DNA of 64,000 nt from Lama glama (lineage: Eukaryota), in contig CM052841.1 in the NCBI GenBank assembly GCA_028534125.1, positions 67,766,001-67,830,000 on the forward strand, read 5' to 3'. The notes beneath the pieces were generated by a model. The model was not told the origin of the DNA and made no database searches. It saw only the letters and a list, made by a program, of their open reading frames with translations. The stretch's first letter is position 1; the number at the start of each line of letters is the position of its first letter. Of this stretch, positions 1 to 11,830 are shown in pieces. The position numbers were made by a program, and so were the translations under genes.

Positions 1-611
1 CCGTGAAGATGTAAAACAGCGATTTTTCATTTGCTGGGTGATTGATTCCTGACTCTGTGTTCTGAACGTACATGTTTGCAGAGCAGTCATCTGCCTATGA
101 TACTGTGGGGCGTGATGGATGGCGTGCAAGATGCCAAATCAGGGAGCCCGGTCCCTGCTTCCCGCGCACTGCGCTTACACAGGCAGCCTTCCCAGGAAGA
201 CAGCCAGTGAGGTCTAGGGGGACAGAGGAGCTGGGGGAAGCCCAGCGACACTGTTCGTCTTCGTTGGTGTTTATGCCTGCCTGGCTGATTTCATCCTGCA
301 GAATAAAAAGACTAGAAACAATCATCTCTCCCCAAAAAAGAAAAAAATCACCCAAAGCCACATGCCTGGGGCTGTGACCGGTGAGGAACCGGAGGCTCCT
401 GCACCCCTGGTTGTAAGAGCACGTCCTGGAGACGGCAGAGGAAGCGCTGACCCAACCAGTTTGCTCTGCTGGATGATTAACTAGTAAATCACGCGCGGGC
501 TGCTTCCGCTCCCAGTGGGCTGGCCGTCCGTGGTCGCTTTTGCGTATTAGGAGGCAAATAAGATTTTGGGCACCTGCTGCAGCTCCTTTCTTGAACCCGT
601 TGCCTTTTTGA

Positions 612-768
<157 letters not shown>

Positions 769-770
<2 letters not shown>

Positions 771-1083
771 NNNNNNNNNNNNNNNNNNNNNNNNNNNNNN
801 NNNNNNNNNNNNNNNNNNNNNNNNNNNNNNNNNNNNNNNNNNNNNNNNNNNNNNNNNNNNNNNNNNNNNNNNNNNNNNNNNNNNNNNNNNNNNNNNNNNN
901 NNNNNNNNNNNNNNNNNNNNNNNNNNNNNNNNNNNNNNNNNNNNNNNNNNNNNNNNNNNNNNNNNNNNNNNNNNNNNNNNNNNNNNNNNNNNNNNNNNNN
1001 NNNNNNNNNNNNNNNNNNNNNNNNNNNNNNNNNNNNNNNNNNNNNNNNNNNNNNNNNNNNNNNNNNNNNNNNNNNNNNNNNNN
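769..1083. other. Assembly gap (N run)
   Basis: Run of N; hides the donor site of the 615 exon. Confidence 1.
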
Positions 1084-2433
1084 GACGGGTGTGTTTCCCT
1101 TCACGTTCCCCCTCTCCCTCCAGAATAGCAATAATTTGGGGGTGGGGAGGAGCTCAGTAAGCACCGCTCTTTGCCTCGCCAAAGGCAGCTGTCCTTAGGA
1201 ACAGAGAGGCCGCCTGCCGTCGCCCTGGTTTGGCGAAATTTACCTCGAAAGGGGCAAAGTTGAAATGCGGCTTTCACGCCTATTAGCTTCCGAGGCCAGG
1301 GTCCCAGGGCCCGGCTTCTCCAGCCAAGTCCCGGGTCAGCGGGGAAGGGACGTGGTTGGTCCTTGGCGAGCCACAGCTGCTGCAGGTGAATCACATTAGC
1401 CCAGGATTAGCGTAATTGATTAGAGCCATTGCTGAGCAGGGCTCGCTCTGGGCAGCTCTTCACATCTGACCTAATTTAGCTGTGACGAGGTGCACTGTAC
1501 GTGTGCCGGGGGGAGAGACACCAACACCCTTCCATCTTCCCAGCAAGTGTGCCTTTTCTCCACCTAACTCTGGAGCTGGCTTGACCTAACGCCATATATA
1601 CATATGTACGAATATGTATATAGACACCTGGAGTTTACTCAGCTTCGAAATGACTAAATTGACAAATTATATGCACCTTAATTAAGGTATACATGCATGT
1701 TAATTAGAAACCCAGCCCAGATGTAAATGAGCGGGTCAGATTCCACAGCCCCTGGACCAGGAAACGCTGATGCTCTGTCTTCCCGTCCTTTTTATGCTAA
1801 TGTTTTCCTTTGATGTGCTCCCTGCACGAGGCAAGACCTAATTCGCTTTTAAAAGCGATACATTCTATAGACGAAACGGCCAGCTAATGAAGTTATAAAT
1901 CTGTCTCATAAATAAAATAAAAGCCGGCTGATCCTGGGGAGGAGAGATGGCTCCTGGTGGACGCAGGTGGGCATGTCCTTGCTTCTGACATGCACCACGA
2001 GTTATCTCGAGAAGAGATTCTGACCTGCCCAACCGAAAAGAGCTCGTGTCTCTCCTCGGAAGGCCAGCACCCCCTTCCCTGGGGTGGACTTAGATTCCTC
2101 CGAGGAGAGGGGTGTGTTCAGTAGTTTGGGGCTAGCTCGCCTTGGCAAGCACCGTCCACACAGGCCCCTGTCCCAGCTCCCCGATCTGGGCCTGTGGCTC
2201 CGGAGGAAGGAACGCGGCCTTTGCTTTGACCTCCCTTTAGCTGACTAAACACGTTCAGCAGAAATTGCTGTCAGGGCATCTGAGTACCTGTTCAAGCAGT
2301 TTGTCTGGATTAACTCGAGCCTTGCAGTGTGATTTTTTTTTTAAGTGACCGTGAAAATCTCTGTCTGTCAGTAGCTATCTGTTGAAGGCAGGTTAGTGAG
2401 CTACCTCAACAGTGTTCGTTTTCTTGCTTGCAG

Positions 2434-2439
2434 GGCTAA
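2434..2439 (+). CDS. OLFM1: OLFM1 alternative terminal 'Y' exon, coding part (GGC TAA = Gly-stop), giving short isoforms ending ...RQFKG* without the olfactomedin domain
   Basis: Acceptor gttcgttttcttgcttgcag|GGCTAA. Phase 0 matches the upstream exon. Short OLFM1 AMY/BMY isoforms are known to end with a single Gly from the Y exon. Confidence 0.88.
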   Translation, partial: G

Positions 2440-2780
2440 CTTAAAAGAGTTTTTTCAATGCTGCAATGACTGAAGAAGCAGTCCACTCCCATGTAACCCT
2501 GACAGAGGCCAGAGAGCTTTTTTGCGCCCTGCATTTTTACTATCACTTCCCAGTACTTAGCACCATGTCCCTAAGGAGCCTGAGCACAACCAGGATCTCT
2601 CCTGCATGCGACTGTAGATGCATTTCATGAATAGTCTGAACCCTTGTCAATGCATTTTTTGAAAACAAAAAACAAAAACAAAAAAGAAAAAAAAGAAACT
2701 TTGTGTATGTGACTTAACGCATGTAACCTTAAGATGTTGCATTCTAAACTGACAATAAAGACCTTTCCCAAATATGTTGG
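2440..2780 (+). other. OLFM1: 3'UTR of the OLFM1 Y-type (short) isoforms
   Basis: AT-rich stretch after the stop. TGTA motifs lie upstream of AATAAA (2754-2759) and a GT-rich tract (tgttggtgttctg) lies downstream. The end is approximate. Confidence 0.75.
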
Positions 2781-2836
2781 TGTTCTGAAGACTGTTTAAT
2801 ATGCTCTTCTAACTCCTCTGGACCAGAATAAATAAA
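2754..2836 (+). terminator. Polyadenylation signals of the Y exon (AATAAA 2754-2759; further AATAAA at 2827-2832 and 2831-2836)
   Basis: Canonical hexamers, with a GU-rich downstream element after the first. Confidence 0.75.
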
Positions 2837-2947
2837 CCTATAAATACAGCAGGAGTGTGCACATTTTCCCTCGCCCAGGGAGAAGCCAGGCCAAGGCAGG
2901 GAGGTACAAGTTTCTGCACGCATCGCACTGAACCCAGCTTATTTTAA

Positions 2948-3199
2948 NNNNNNNNNNNNNNNNNNNNNNNNNNNNNNNNNNNNNNNNNNNNNNNNNNNNN
3001 NNNNNNNNNNNNNNNNNNNNNNNNNNNNNNNNNNNNNNNNNNNNNNNNNNNNNNNNNNNNNNNNNNNNNNNNNNNNNNNNNNNNNNNNNNNNNNNNNNNN
3101 NNNNNNNNNNNNNNNNNNNNNNNNNNNNNNNNNNNNNNNNNNNNNNNNNNNNNNNNNNNNNNNNNNNNNNNNNNNNNNNNNNNNNNNNNNNNNNNNNNN
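2948..3199 (+). other. OLFM1: Assembly gap (252 N) inferred to hide the next OLFM1 coding exon (first Z-specific exon, length 3n+1)
   Basis: Exon 615-770 ends in phase 0 but exon 10441 starts in phase 1. The expected OLFM1 peptide between ...RQFK and ACGKLTG is absent from the ORF track. The gap could hold a ~220-nt exon. Confidence 0.7.
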
Positions 3200-3420
3200 C
3201 GGCGCCGCCCCGCCCGCCGCCCCGCCCAGCTCGCACAGGCTTAGGGAGTGGTGCTGAAGCGGACAGCGCCCGCGGGCTCCCGGCCCGGCTACCCCGAGAG
3301 GCAGCAGGAGCGCCCAGGCCGGCTCACGGGCCCGCCACGCTGCCCCCTGGGAAGACAGGGTGACGTCAGACGTCACGCACCATCTGAAGACTGTGCGTGT
3401 GTGTGCGTGTGTGGACGTGT
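3200..3420. promoter_or_regulatory. CpG-rich intronic element with REST half-sites (3250-3270) and a double CRE (3360-3376)
   Basis: GGTGCTGAA-gc-GGACAGCGCC and GTGACGTCAGACGTCAC are both read directly from the sequence; CpG density is high. Confidence 0.5.
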
Positions 3421-5244
3421 GCTGGGGTGACTGTTTAAGACACAAGTTTCTTAGGGCTGGAAGCACACATCTCAGATTCCCCCCAGCTTGGGAGCGCGGG
3501 CCGAGGGACCTCCCTGAGGTACCCGATCAGGCAGAAAATTCGACCACATCGCCGTGGAAGGCTTGCCACTCACGGCGGGAAGGGAGTCCCTCCTGGCGCC
3601 TGGAAGGGGTGGGACGAGGGCTGACAGCTCCTGGTGCCGCTGGAGCCTTACTCCTGGCTGATACCCACTCGACTTACCAGCTTTCCTTTTAGCTGCTTTA
3701 ACAAACCTCGGCGTGCCAGCGTCTGAGTCCACTTTTAAATCGCCCATTTTAAATCCCGATTCCATTTTTAGTTTTCCTTAGGAAAGATTTGCCGGCCCTG
3801 CTCCCCAGCTGTTTCCTAACACGAAGGTGGTTCGTTTTCACATTGGACACTTTTTAGAGCAACTTAGGGTAGCTTTTCGGGTAATGCTGTTTGATGAAGA
3901 CGTTTCCGTAGGCTTTGCCTGATGTTCTCCCTTCATCCCCCCTTTTTTTGTACTTTTATTTTGCCCCCTCTCTCCCTGAGAAGGAACAATCCTTTGCGAA
4001 ATGCCCACTGAAGTGAACAATAACTTCATCCCCTTTTTGTCTGCCCCCCAGACACACACACACTACAAATGCCTTATTATAAACTTAAAACACCCCCGAA
4101 GAACAAACACTTCTAAAAGAATCCCCAGTGCTGTTCAGTGGAAGGGAGAATGTTCAAAGGGCAGGGAGCTGGAGTCGGCCAGCCTTTCTGCTTCAGCAGG
4201 TTCCCAGGTCTGGGTTATTTTTAGTGCTGTTCCAGGTGCCCTAGTAAAGGCGTAAGCTTTGAAGCTCCCAGCCCCGGAGAGGACAGCGACGGGCGTGTGA
4301 GAGCGAATCCGTTGTGATGTGTACACGCTGGCTGCGTCACGTGAGGGGCTGTCTGCCGTGGTCTGTCACACGCGGTCACGGCGCCCAAGTCCTGGTGTGT
4401 CCGGGGCTGGGTGACCTGGGACTGTCCCGGAGGGGTCTGGGCCAGGCGGTCTCTACCAGCCCTTCCCATCTGGACAGTCCGGCAGTCAGTGGGAGCGCTC
4501 AGAATGGTCCTGGTTCTCGGGCTTATCCGCGACGGTGGGCTGCTGTGTGACCACCCTCCTTGGGCACTGTCTTTGGGCTTCTGCTCAGGAGGGCCCTGGT
4601 CCCCCCTCAGCTCCCCAGACCCTCCAGCCACTCCCGCCGGGTGTCTCAGCCTCTGAGAAATCCAGGGGGGGAGTTCCTTTGCTACTTACTTCCCCACAGC
4701 AGCCTTTCCCCTCCCTGGTAGACAGACCATGTAGACTAGCGAGAAGCCAAGAGTAAACCTGCACATTTCCCAATGCTCAGGGAGCAAGACGGAAATTCAG
4801 AGTGAGGAGTTACAGCTGATGACAAGCTAAGGGCCTTTCCGAGAGGCTGCCGCCCCTCCCGGTCGCCCGGCCTTCCCGTCCAAACTTGGCCTATTTTTGG
4901 ACTAAGTGTGGGGTTTCACCTCTGAGCTTAATTCCTTCTTCAGAAAGACCTTGACCTATAGATGGACCCGCTGAGTCTGCAGGGGCCGTGGGCGGGATCT
5001 GTCTGTAACCAGTGGTGATTCGGGCGGATGTCATACGGAGAACCCCCGGCCTGGGGGAGGCAGTGTCCTAACGTAGTTAAGTGGCACTTGCTGGCCATGT
5101 GGCTCTCCCAAGACACTGACCACTTCGCATTTCAGCCACCTCTTCATCTGTAAAAGGAAGGTATAGGGGTCCCTGTGCAAGTCCACAGACACTACTCACA
5201 TCATGGGCTGTGCACTGCCCGGTGCAGAGTAGGAGGTGGCCGGA

Positions 5245-5460
5245 CACGTAGGCAGGTAGGTAGTAGGGAAAGATAGGCAGGTGTGATTGGTAGATGGAGA
5301 GACAGCCAGGATAGGGAGGGAGGGAGGGAGGCCAGCAGGCGGATGGTAGGTAGGTGGGTGGGTAGGTAGACAGATGAGGGGGTAGACAGGCAGGCAGGGA
5401 GGGAGGCCAGCAGACGGATGGTAGGTGGGTGGGTGGGTCGGCCGGTCCGCCGGTCGGTAG
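5245..5460. repeat. Purine/G-rich low-complexity repeat (GGTA/GGTG/GGGA units) with an internal ~42-bp duplication
   Basis: gggagggaggccagcag(g/a)cggatggtaggt(a/g)ggtgggtgggt occurs twice, at ~5322 and ~5397. Confidence 0.75.
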
Positions 5461-8400
5461 GGGGATTTAGCTGCCACTGTTCCTCCCTTTTCCTAGGTGT
5501 CCGTTCAAGCTCAGTGACAAAGACCCAGCTGTCGTCCTGTGGCCACCTGGTTTTAGTCTTTATTTTGGCCGTGCAAGTACTGCCGTCTTAGCAGCAGTCT
5601 CCTCGCGGGGAGGTCGCGGATGAGCGGGAAACGGGGAGGCCAGCGCGTGCGCCGGGGCGGGGCTGGGTGGGGGGGACGCCTGAAGGGGCGGCAGATTCTG
5701 GGGGGCAGCGGGCTCTTCCCCCCACCACCCTGCCCCCGCCCCGCCCCGGGGTCCTCCCTCCCCCCGCCCCTGCTCCCGCCCCCGGGTCCGATGCTGGCTG
5801 GTAGAGGCCTTGGTCTAGGGAGCAGCGTCTGGTTGCCCCCTGGTGTGAGGACAGGGAGGGTCCCTCCACAGCTCCCCAGAGGAGCCGTGATCCGTTCCCT
5901 CCTTGTCCCCAAATCCATGTTGCTGAGATTCCTGACCCCAGAACACACTCGGGGAGAAAAACAACGGATGGCTGGTCCTGCTGGCTCCCTGCTTCCATTT
6001 CAGAAGCCCTCTCTCCACGGGATTGTGTGTTTTTTCCTGGCGGCCAGAACTGGAACCTGAAACTCCGAGCTCTAGAACCGGGCTCTGGGCTGTCTCTCCG
6101 GGCGTCCTCTCGGGAGGCAGGTCCTCGTGGCTCTTCCGCTGCTCCTCTGCTCCCGAGAGAGGGAGAAGCAGAGCTGCCCGGCGACCCCGTCCCCCTGAGC
6201 TTTCACCGTCACCCCACGGAGAGCCTGCAGAGCACGGCCCGGCCCCTACACCAGAGACTTAAGATTAGCACAAAACCCCGCTCGGCCAGGCCGCCTGGCC
6301 GGGCACGGCACACACCTGTCAGTGTCAGGCCTCAGCTTTCTTGTCTGTAAGACGTGGGAAGCCCCCTCATTTCAGGGCTTCCCCGGGTTGGACCGTCCTG
6401 GGACCCCGGTTCTCACGGCCTCCACAGGAAGGGTCAGTGCAGCAGAGAGAGGGGCCCTTACCTCCGCCCCGGGCCTTGGATGGAGCTGGTGAGTGAGCTG
6501 CTTCCAAGGATAGTGGATGACTTGGCACACGCGGGTTTTGCATTCAGGATGGAGAGAGAAGTTTAGGGTGCCTCAATCTCCGTCTGCAGGGGACCCATAG
6601 AACAGCAGGGAGGCAGGGAACCCAAGTCCAAGTGCTGCTCACGGCACGGCCTCGGGGGGTCCCGGCAGGCATCAGGCAGGCCCTCCGGGTTCCTTCCCGG
6701 TAGTGCTCGGGGTTTCGCATGGCGAGAGGTCTCCGACCGGCCTGGGCCTGGTCGTGCGGCCTGTGTGCAGGGAGGCTGCTGCCCACCGGGTCACTTTGTC
6801 TGCAGGGACGTTAGTTTGTCTAAGTTGCCAGCTTTGCAAACTCTTCCGGCTTAACTGTCCCTAGTCTTTAAGGGGCAAAAGCTGGGGCCAAGGGAGATGC
6901 GCCCGGAGGCCAGGCAGTCCCAGGACCAGTCCGCCTGCTGTGGGGCACTCAGCCCCCTCAGTCTGGTCTCTGGCCTGCGTGCTCGGTGGGCATGTCACTC
7001 CAGGCCCCTTTGGGAGATCACCTGGGCTGTCATTCAGATGTGGCCTCCTTCTAGGAACAGCAAGAGGCAGGTGACTTCAGCCGCAGGGGCCCTGCTTCGT
7101 CCACGCTCCCAGCTCGGCGGGCGGCCCCCAGAGACCCACCCCAGGCTGCCGGGCTCAGGCCCTTCCAGCTGGCTGAGCTGTGCGGGAGCCCAGCCTCCTC
7201 TGCTGGGCACCTGCTGGCCTCTGCCCTCCCCTCCCTTCCCTGGACACAAATCCTGAGCGCTCGTGACAAGAGAGGGACACTTTCCCGAACTGAATGTGCC
7301 AAGACTCCGCCTCGCGGCTCTGCCTCGGGGCTTTTTCAGACCCTGTCAGTTCCCGAGGTCTTGGCAGAACCAGTCTGGACAGAGAACCAAAAATAGCTCC
7401 CTGACTCAGTCAGGGCGGGCAGCCTTCAGCCCCAGCGGAGAGCTGAGCCCGCAGCCGGGAGGTTGACGGGGGGCTCCCGGGCCAGCTGGGCCTCCTCTGC
7501 CAGCTCTAACCCGTGGTTTTAGGGCTCCCTCCAAGGGCCGGGGGAGGGCGGGCTTAGCCCCTCGGGCAGGGGAGGGAGTGGGAGACCGCTGCAGACCCCC
7601 CCCACCCCCGCCTGCAGACTGGTGTCCTTCTCCTGGACGCAGTGGGACCGTCCAGCGCAGCCCCTGGCCTGGACAGTCTCAGGGCGAGTGCCCGGTGCTG
7701 CTGGTGGCTGCTGGCCTTGCCGGCACTTCCTCTGCTTCGGGCATCCTGCTAAGGCTCCCCTCGTTAACTGCTTAACCCCCCACGGCCACCTCAGACGTGA
7801 GGCCCCTGTGCAGATAAGGCAGCCCTCCATCTAGGCCGTGCTGCGCAGAGGCAGCCTGTCCCCCCACCCCAACCCCTCCACCAGGATGCGAAGCCAAGCA
7901 GGGTTTTCTGAGAGATGGATGACTTCGCCTCTCAGGACCTGAGAGAGGAGTCATCCGCCCGTTTGTCCGTTTATGCCTTTGGGCCGCTCCCCAGGCCGAG
8001 CCGTGTTGGTGGGGTGGGGGTGCAGGTGATGAGCGAGTGCCGCAGCGTCCCGCCTGGGGCGGTGAGAGCCAGACGCCCGTCCACCCCGGGGCTGAGGGCC
8101 CAGCCTGAGGCAGGGAGGCAGGGAGGCAGGGTGCCAGGGTGCGTGCCGTTCAGAAGGGAGGGGGCTCTGCAGAGACATGAGTGTGGGTCCAGGCACAGAA
8201 GGCAGGCGGGCAGGCGGGCGCGGGGTGGGGACGGCGCCCCGGTGAGGGGTTGGCCTGAGCGAAGGTGTGGAGGCAGAAGAGCCGCGGGCGTCCACCCGCC
8301 ACCTGCACCTTCTGCGTCTGTCTCCGTGGGGGGCGCTCATCGCAGGTCGGGTGTGGACGCTGCCGGCTGGGTTAGGGCGTTGGCGAGAGCGGGCGTCCCA

Positions 8401-10142
8401 CTGGGAGATGTGTCGGCGATGCAGACCAGCAGGGGTCCCACCCAGCCCCGGACCTTGACACCCTTGGGGCCATGGCACCTTTGGGCTTGTCCTTCCAGGC
8501 GGCCAAAGCACCTCAGCGGCGGGGAGGCCCTGCACGGGACACTGGGCCATCTTAGTGGGCGCTGGCCTCCCGGCGGCAGGGAGAGGGCTGTTGCTGGTGC
8601 GAGATGGCCCCTAATAGCACCCCCCAGTTCCCATCCAGTTCGGAGGGCCTGCTGTCCCCCAGGGGCAGCCCAGAGGCCCCTCCCCGGGGTCATAGGAACA
8701 ATGAGAGTGCTGTGAGGGGCCCCCTCCCGACGGGACCCTCAGGGAACCCCACCTGGAAGCCCCAGGGCCACCGTGGGATGAAAGCGCGGTCCGGGGCTCC
8801 CGTGGGCAGCCGCGTTCCCATGAGATTCCCAGAAACCCACTTGCGTTTCCTTCCTTCCAGTCGCAGTAGACGCCAGCTGCCCTGGACGCAACGTCCGGTC
8901 CCGCTTGAGTCTGTCGCGCCTCACGGGCTGGGGGTGCTGTGGGCGGGGCGGGGCGGGCAGACGTGCGCTCCACAGGGGCCGCACACGGGCTGCTGGGGAG
9001 CCTCAGGCCTCAGGCCGGGAGGGGACGGGATTTAGGTGGGAAAGTGCGTAACTCCTTCTGAGAGGGGAACAAGCCAGACACACACGGGGAAGAGATGGGA
9101 CCCTAAAAGTAGTGGTGGCTTTGTTTTTGTTTTTTGTTTGTTTTTTTCAAATGTGGGCCAGAGGCAGCAGCCCGGGGAGCGGGGCAGCGTGACTTGATGA
9201 GAATCTGGGTGTAAAGCCACATTTCTTCTGCTTACAGCCGGCTCCTAGTCCCTGCCCAGAGCCCCGCATTGCCCAGATGCGGGCTCTCCCGCCACCACAG
9301 CGTGGCAGCGCCAGGCGCTGGGCAGGGCCGGGTCGAGGGTCCCTCCCTGGGCTCATTCAGTGATGCTGATGCGTTGACTTGCCCCTCTTGGAGCTGGAGG
9401 AGGCTGGAGAGGCGGGCGTGGCCCTCCCGGGCCTGGCCGGCGGTGCTCCGCGGGATTTTCCTGTCCAAGTCGCGGTCTCCGGGCTAAGTCACCGGCACTC
9501 TCCCCTGAACTTCACAGCCGCCCGTGCACAGACGCTCACGAGGGGCAGTCTGGCAGAGCCGGCCTGGCCCGGGGCTGGGGGGAGGGGTCGTCGCAGAGAC
9601 CTGCCCTCCGAGCAGCGCCCGCTTCCTGCCCGAGGGGCGGGTCGGCTCCCGGGCGCGGGAGCACTGCCCCTCTGAGGCCGGCTGAGGTTATCTATTCCGG
9701 AAGGCTGCGGGCGCTGTGCACGCAGGCTGGCGTCCAGGTGGCAGGAGGGGGTTCCTGCTTGACTCTCTGGCCGCCCCTGGCCGGCGGGGGCAGCCTGGGG
9801 GGCCCACGGGGCTGTGGGAAGGGCGCCGGGCTGAGTCGGGAGGGTGGGCCCCCGCTTCAGCCCTGCCTGAGTGGCGGTGCGGCCCCGGTGTGTCCCAGCC
9901 TCCGCCTGTGAGATGGGAGGGCGCTGGCGTCCCCACCCACGCTCCCCGCTCTTAAACCCCAGCCTCCAGCCCCTGGGCTCCTCCTCCGGGCAGAAGGGGG
10001 CCCTCACCCTGCGGGGAAGCTCACAGGGCCTCCCGTGGGAAGGCGGCCTTCCTCCCAGCCTGGCTCTAGCTGCTGGAGGGGCACAGGGCGCTGAGCCCCG
10101 CGCCGTGGAGGGCGCCAGTTCCGGAGTCGCTGCTTGAGATGA

Positions 10143-10889
<747 letters not shown>

Positions 10890-11764
10890 TGATGGAAACT
10901 CGTGTTCTTTTTTGATTTAGGAAGAAAGCCCCGTTCTTTTATCGCAGACGTTTCCCCCGGGTAAAACTCAGAAAAAAAGGAGCCCAGAGGCACAGCTGCC
11001 TTGATCGGAGTGGGGGGGCCTGGCTCTGTTGCTGGCGTCCCTTGTGGGTGTGCGGGGCAGGGGGCAGGCTGGCTGACTGGCTGGGTGGCGCTCGGCCGCC
11101 GGGCGGGGACCACGCCCGTCACCGCAGCATCCTTTGGGAGCATTTCGCCGGAGGGCGGCTCTGCACGCCCAGGGCTCTGGTTCTCGGAGGACAGGAGCTT
11201 GGGGCTTCGCGCCCTCGCTGGTCCACAGCCTGGCCGCCGGCCCCCACGGGGACTGTCAGCAGTCCGGGGCCTTTCCTAGCCAGCCGCTTAATAAACCCTT
11301 AAAAAAACACAGCTGCTCCCCCGGGCGGGTGGGAAAAGCCGCTTAGCAGTTCGAGCGCCTCTGAGCCTCGTCTGGAGAATTCTTACGGGAATGGATCTTG
11401 AGTTTTCTGATCTCGGTGCCTCCCCCTGCCCCACCCGCATCCTTTAGAAGGAAGTGGTGGCTTCTAGTTAGAACGGGGGTGGCACCACCCTCTGGGACAC
11501 CCTCTCCTCCTGGGGACGATGTCGGGCTTTCTGTGAGGCTCTTTATCAGACAACCTCCGGGGGAAGAGGCCCCAGCTCCCACCACCCCTAGCAGGCCCCC
11601 AGCCTCCTCTCAGAGCTCGGCCCGCGTTTGCCGGCAGAGACCGGGAGCCGCTGGCGACAGGCAGCAAACCCCAGAGACGACCGGGCTGGGGTATTTCGGG
11701 GTGAAATTTGTGCTTGTTTTGTTTTCTGAATCGTGACAGCTAGCTGGTGCTTGGAAGTTTTCTA

Positions 11765-11830
11765 ACAATTCAATTGGCCGATTAATTACGCATTAATTAC
11801 CAATTAACAGTTTAATTGGCCAATTATTAC
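11765..11830. promoter_or_regulatory. Homeodomain-site (TAAT/AATT) cluster, candidate intronic enhancer
   Basis: Seven AATT cores in ~60 bp within ~65% GC DNA. Confidence 0.5.

Noticed and set aside
1909-1922. Intronic AATAAA pair as a further terminal exon signal
   Set aside because: No clear associated acceptor/exon or GU-rich downstream element; probably just an A-rich patch.
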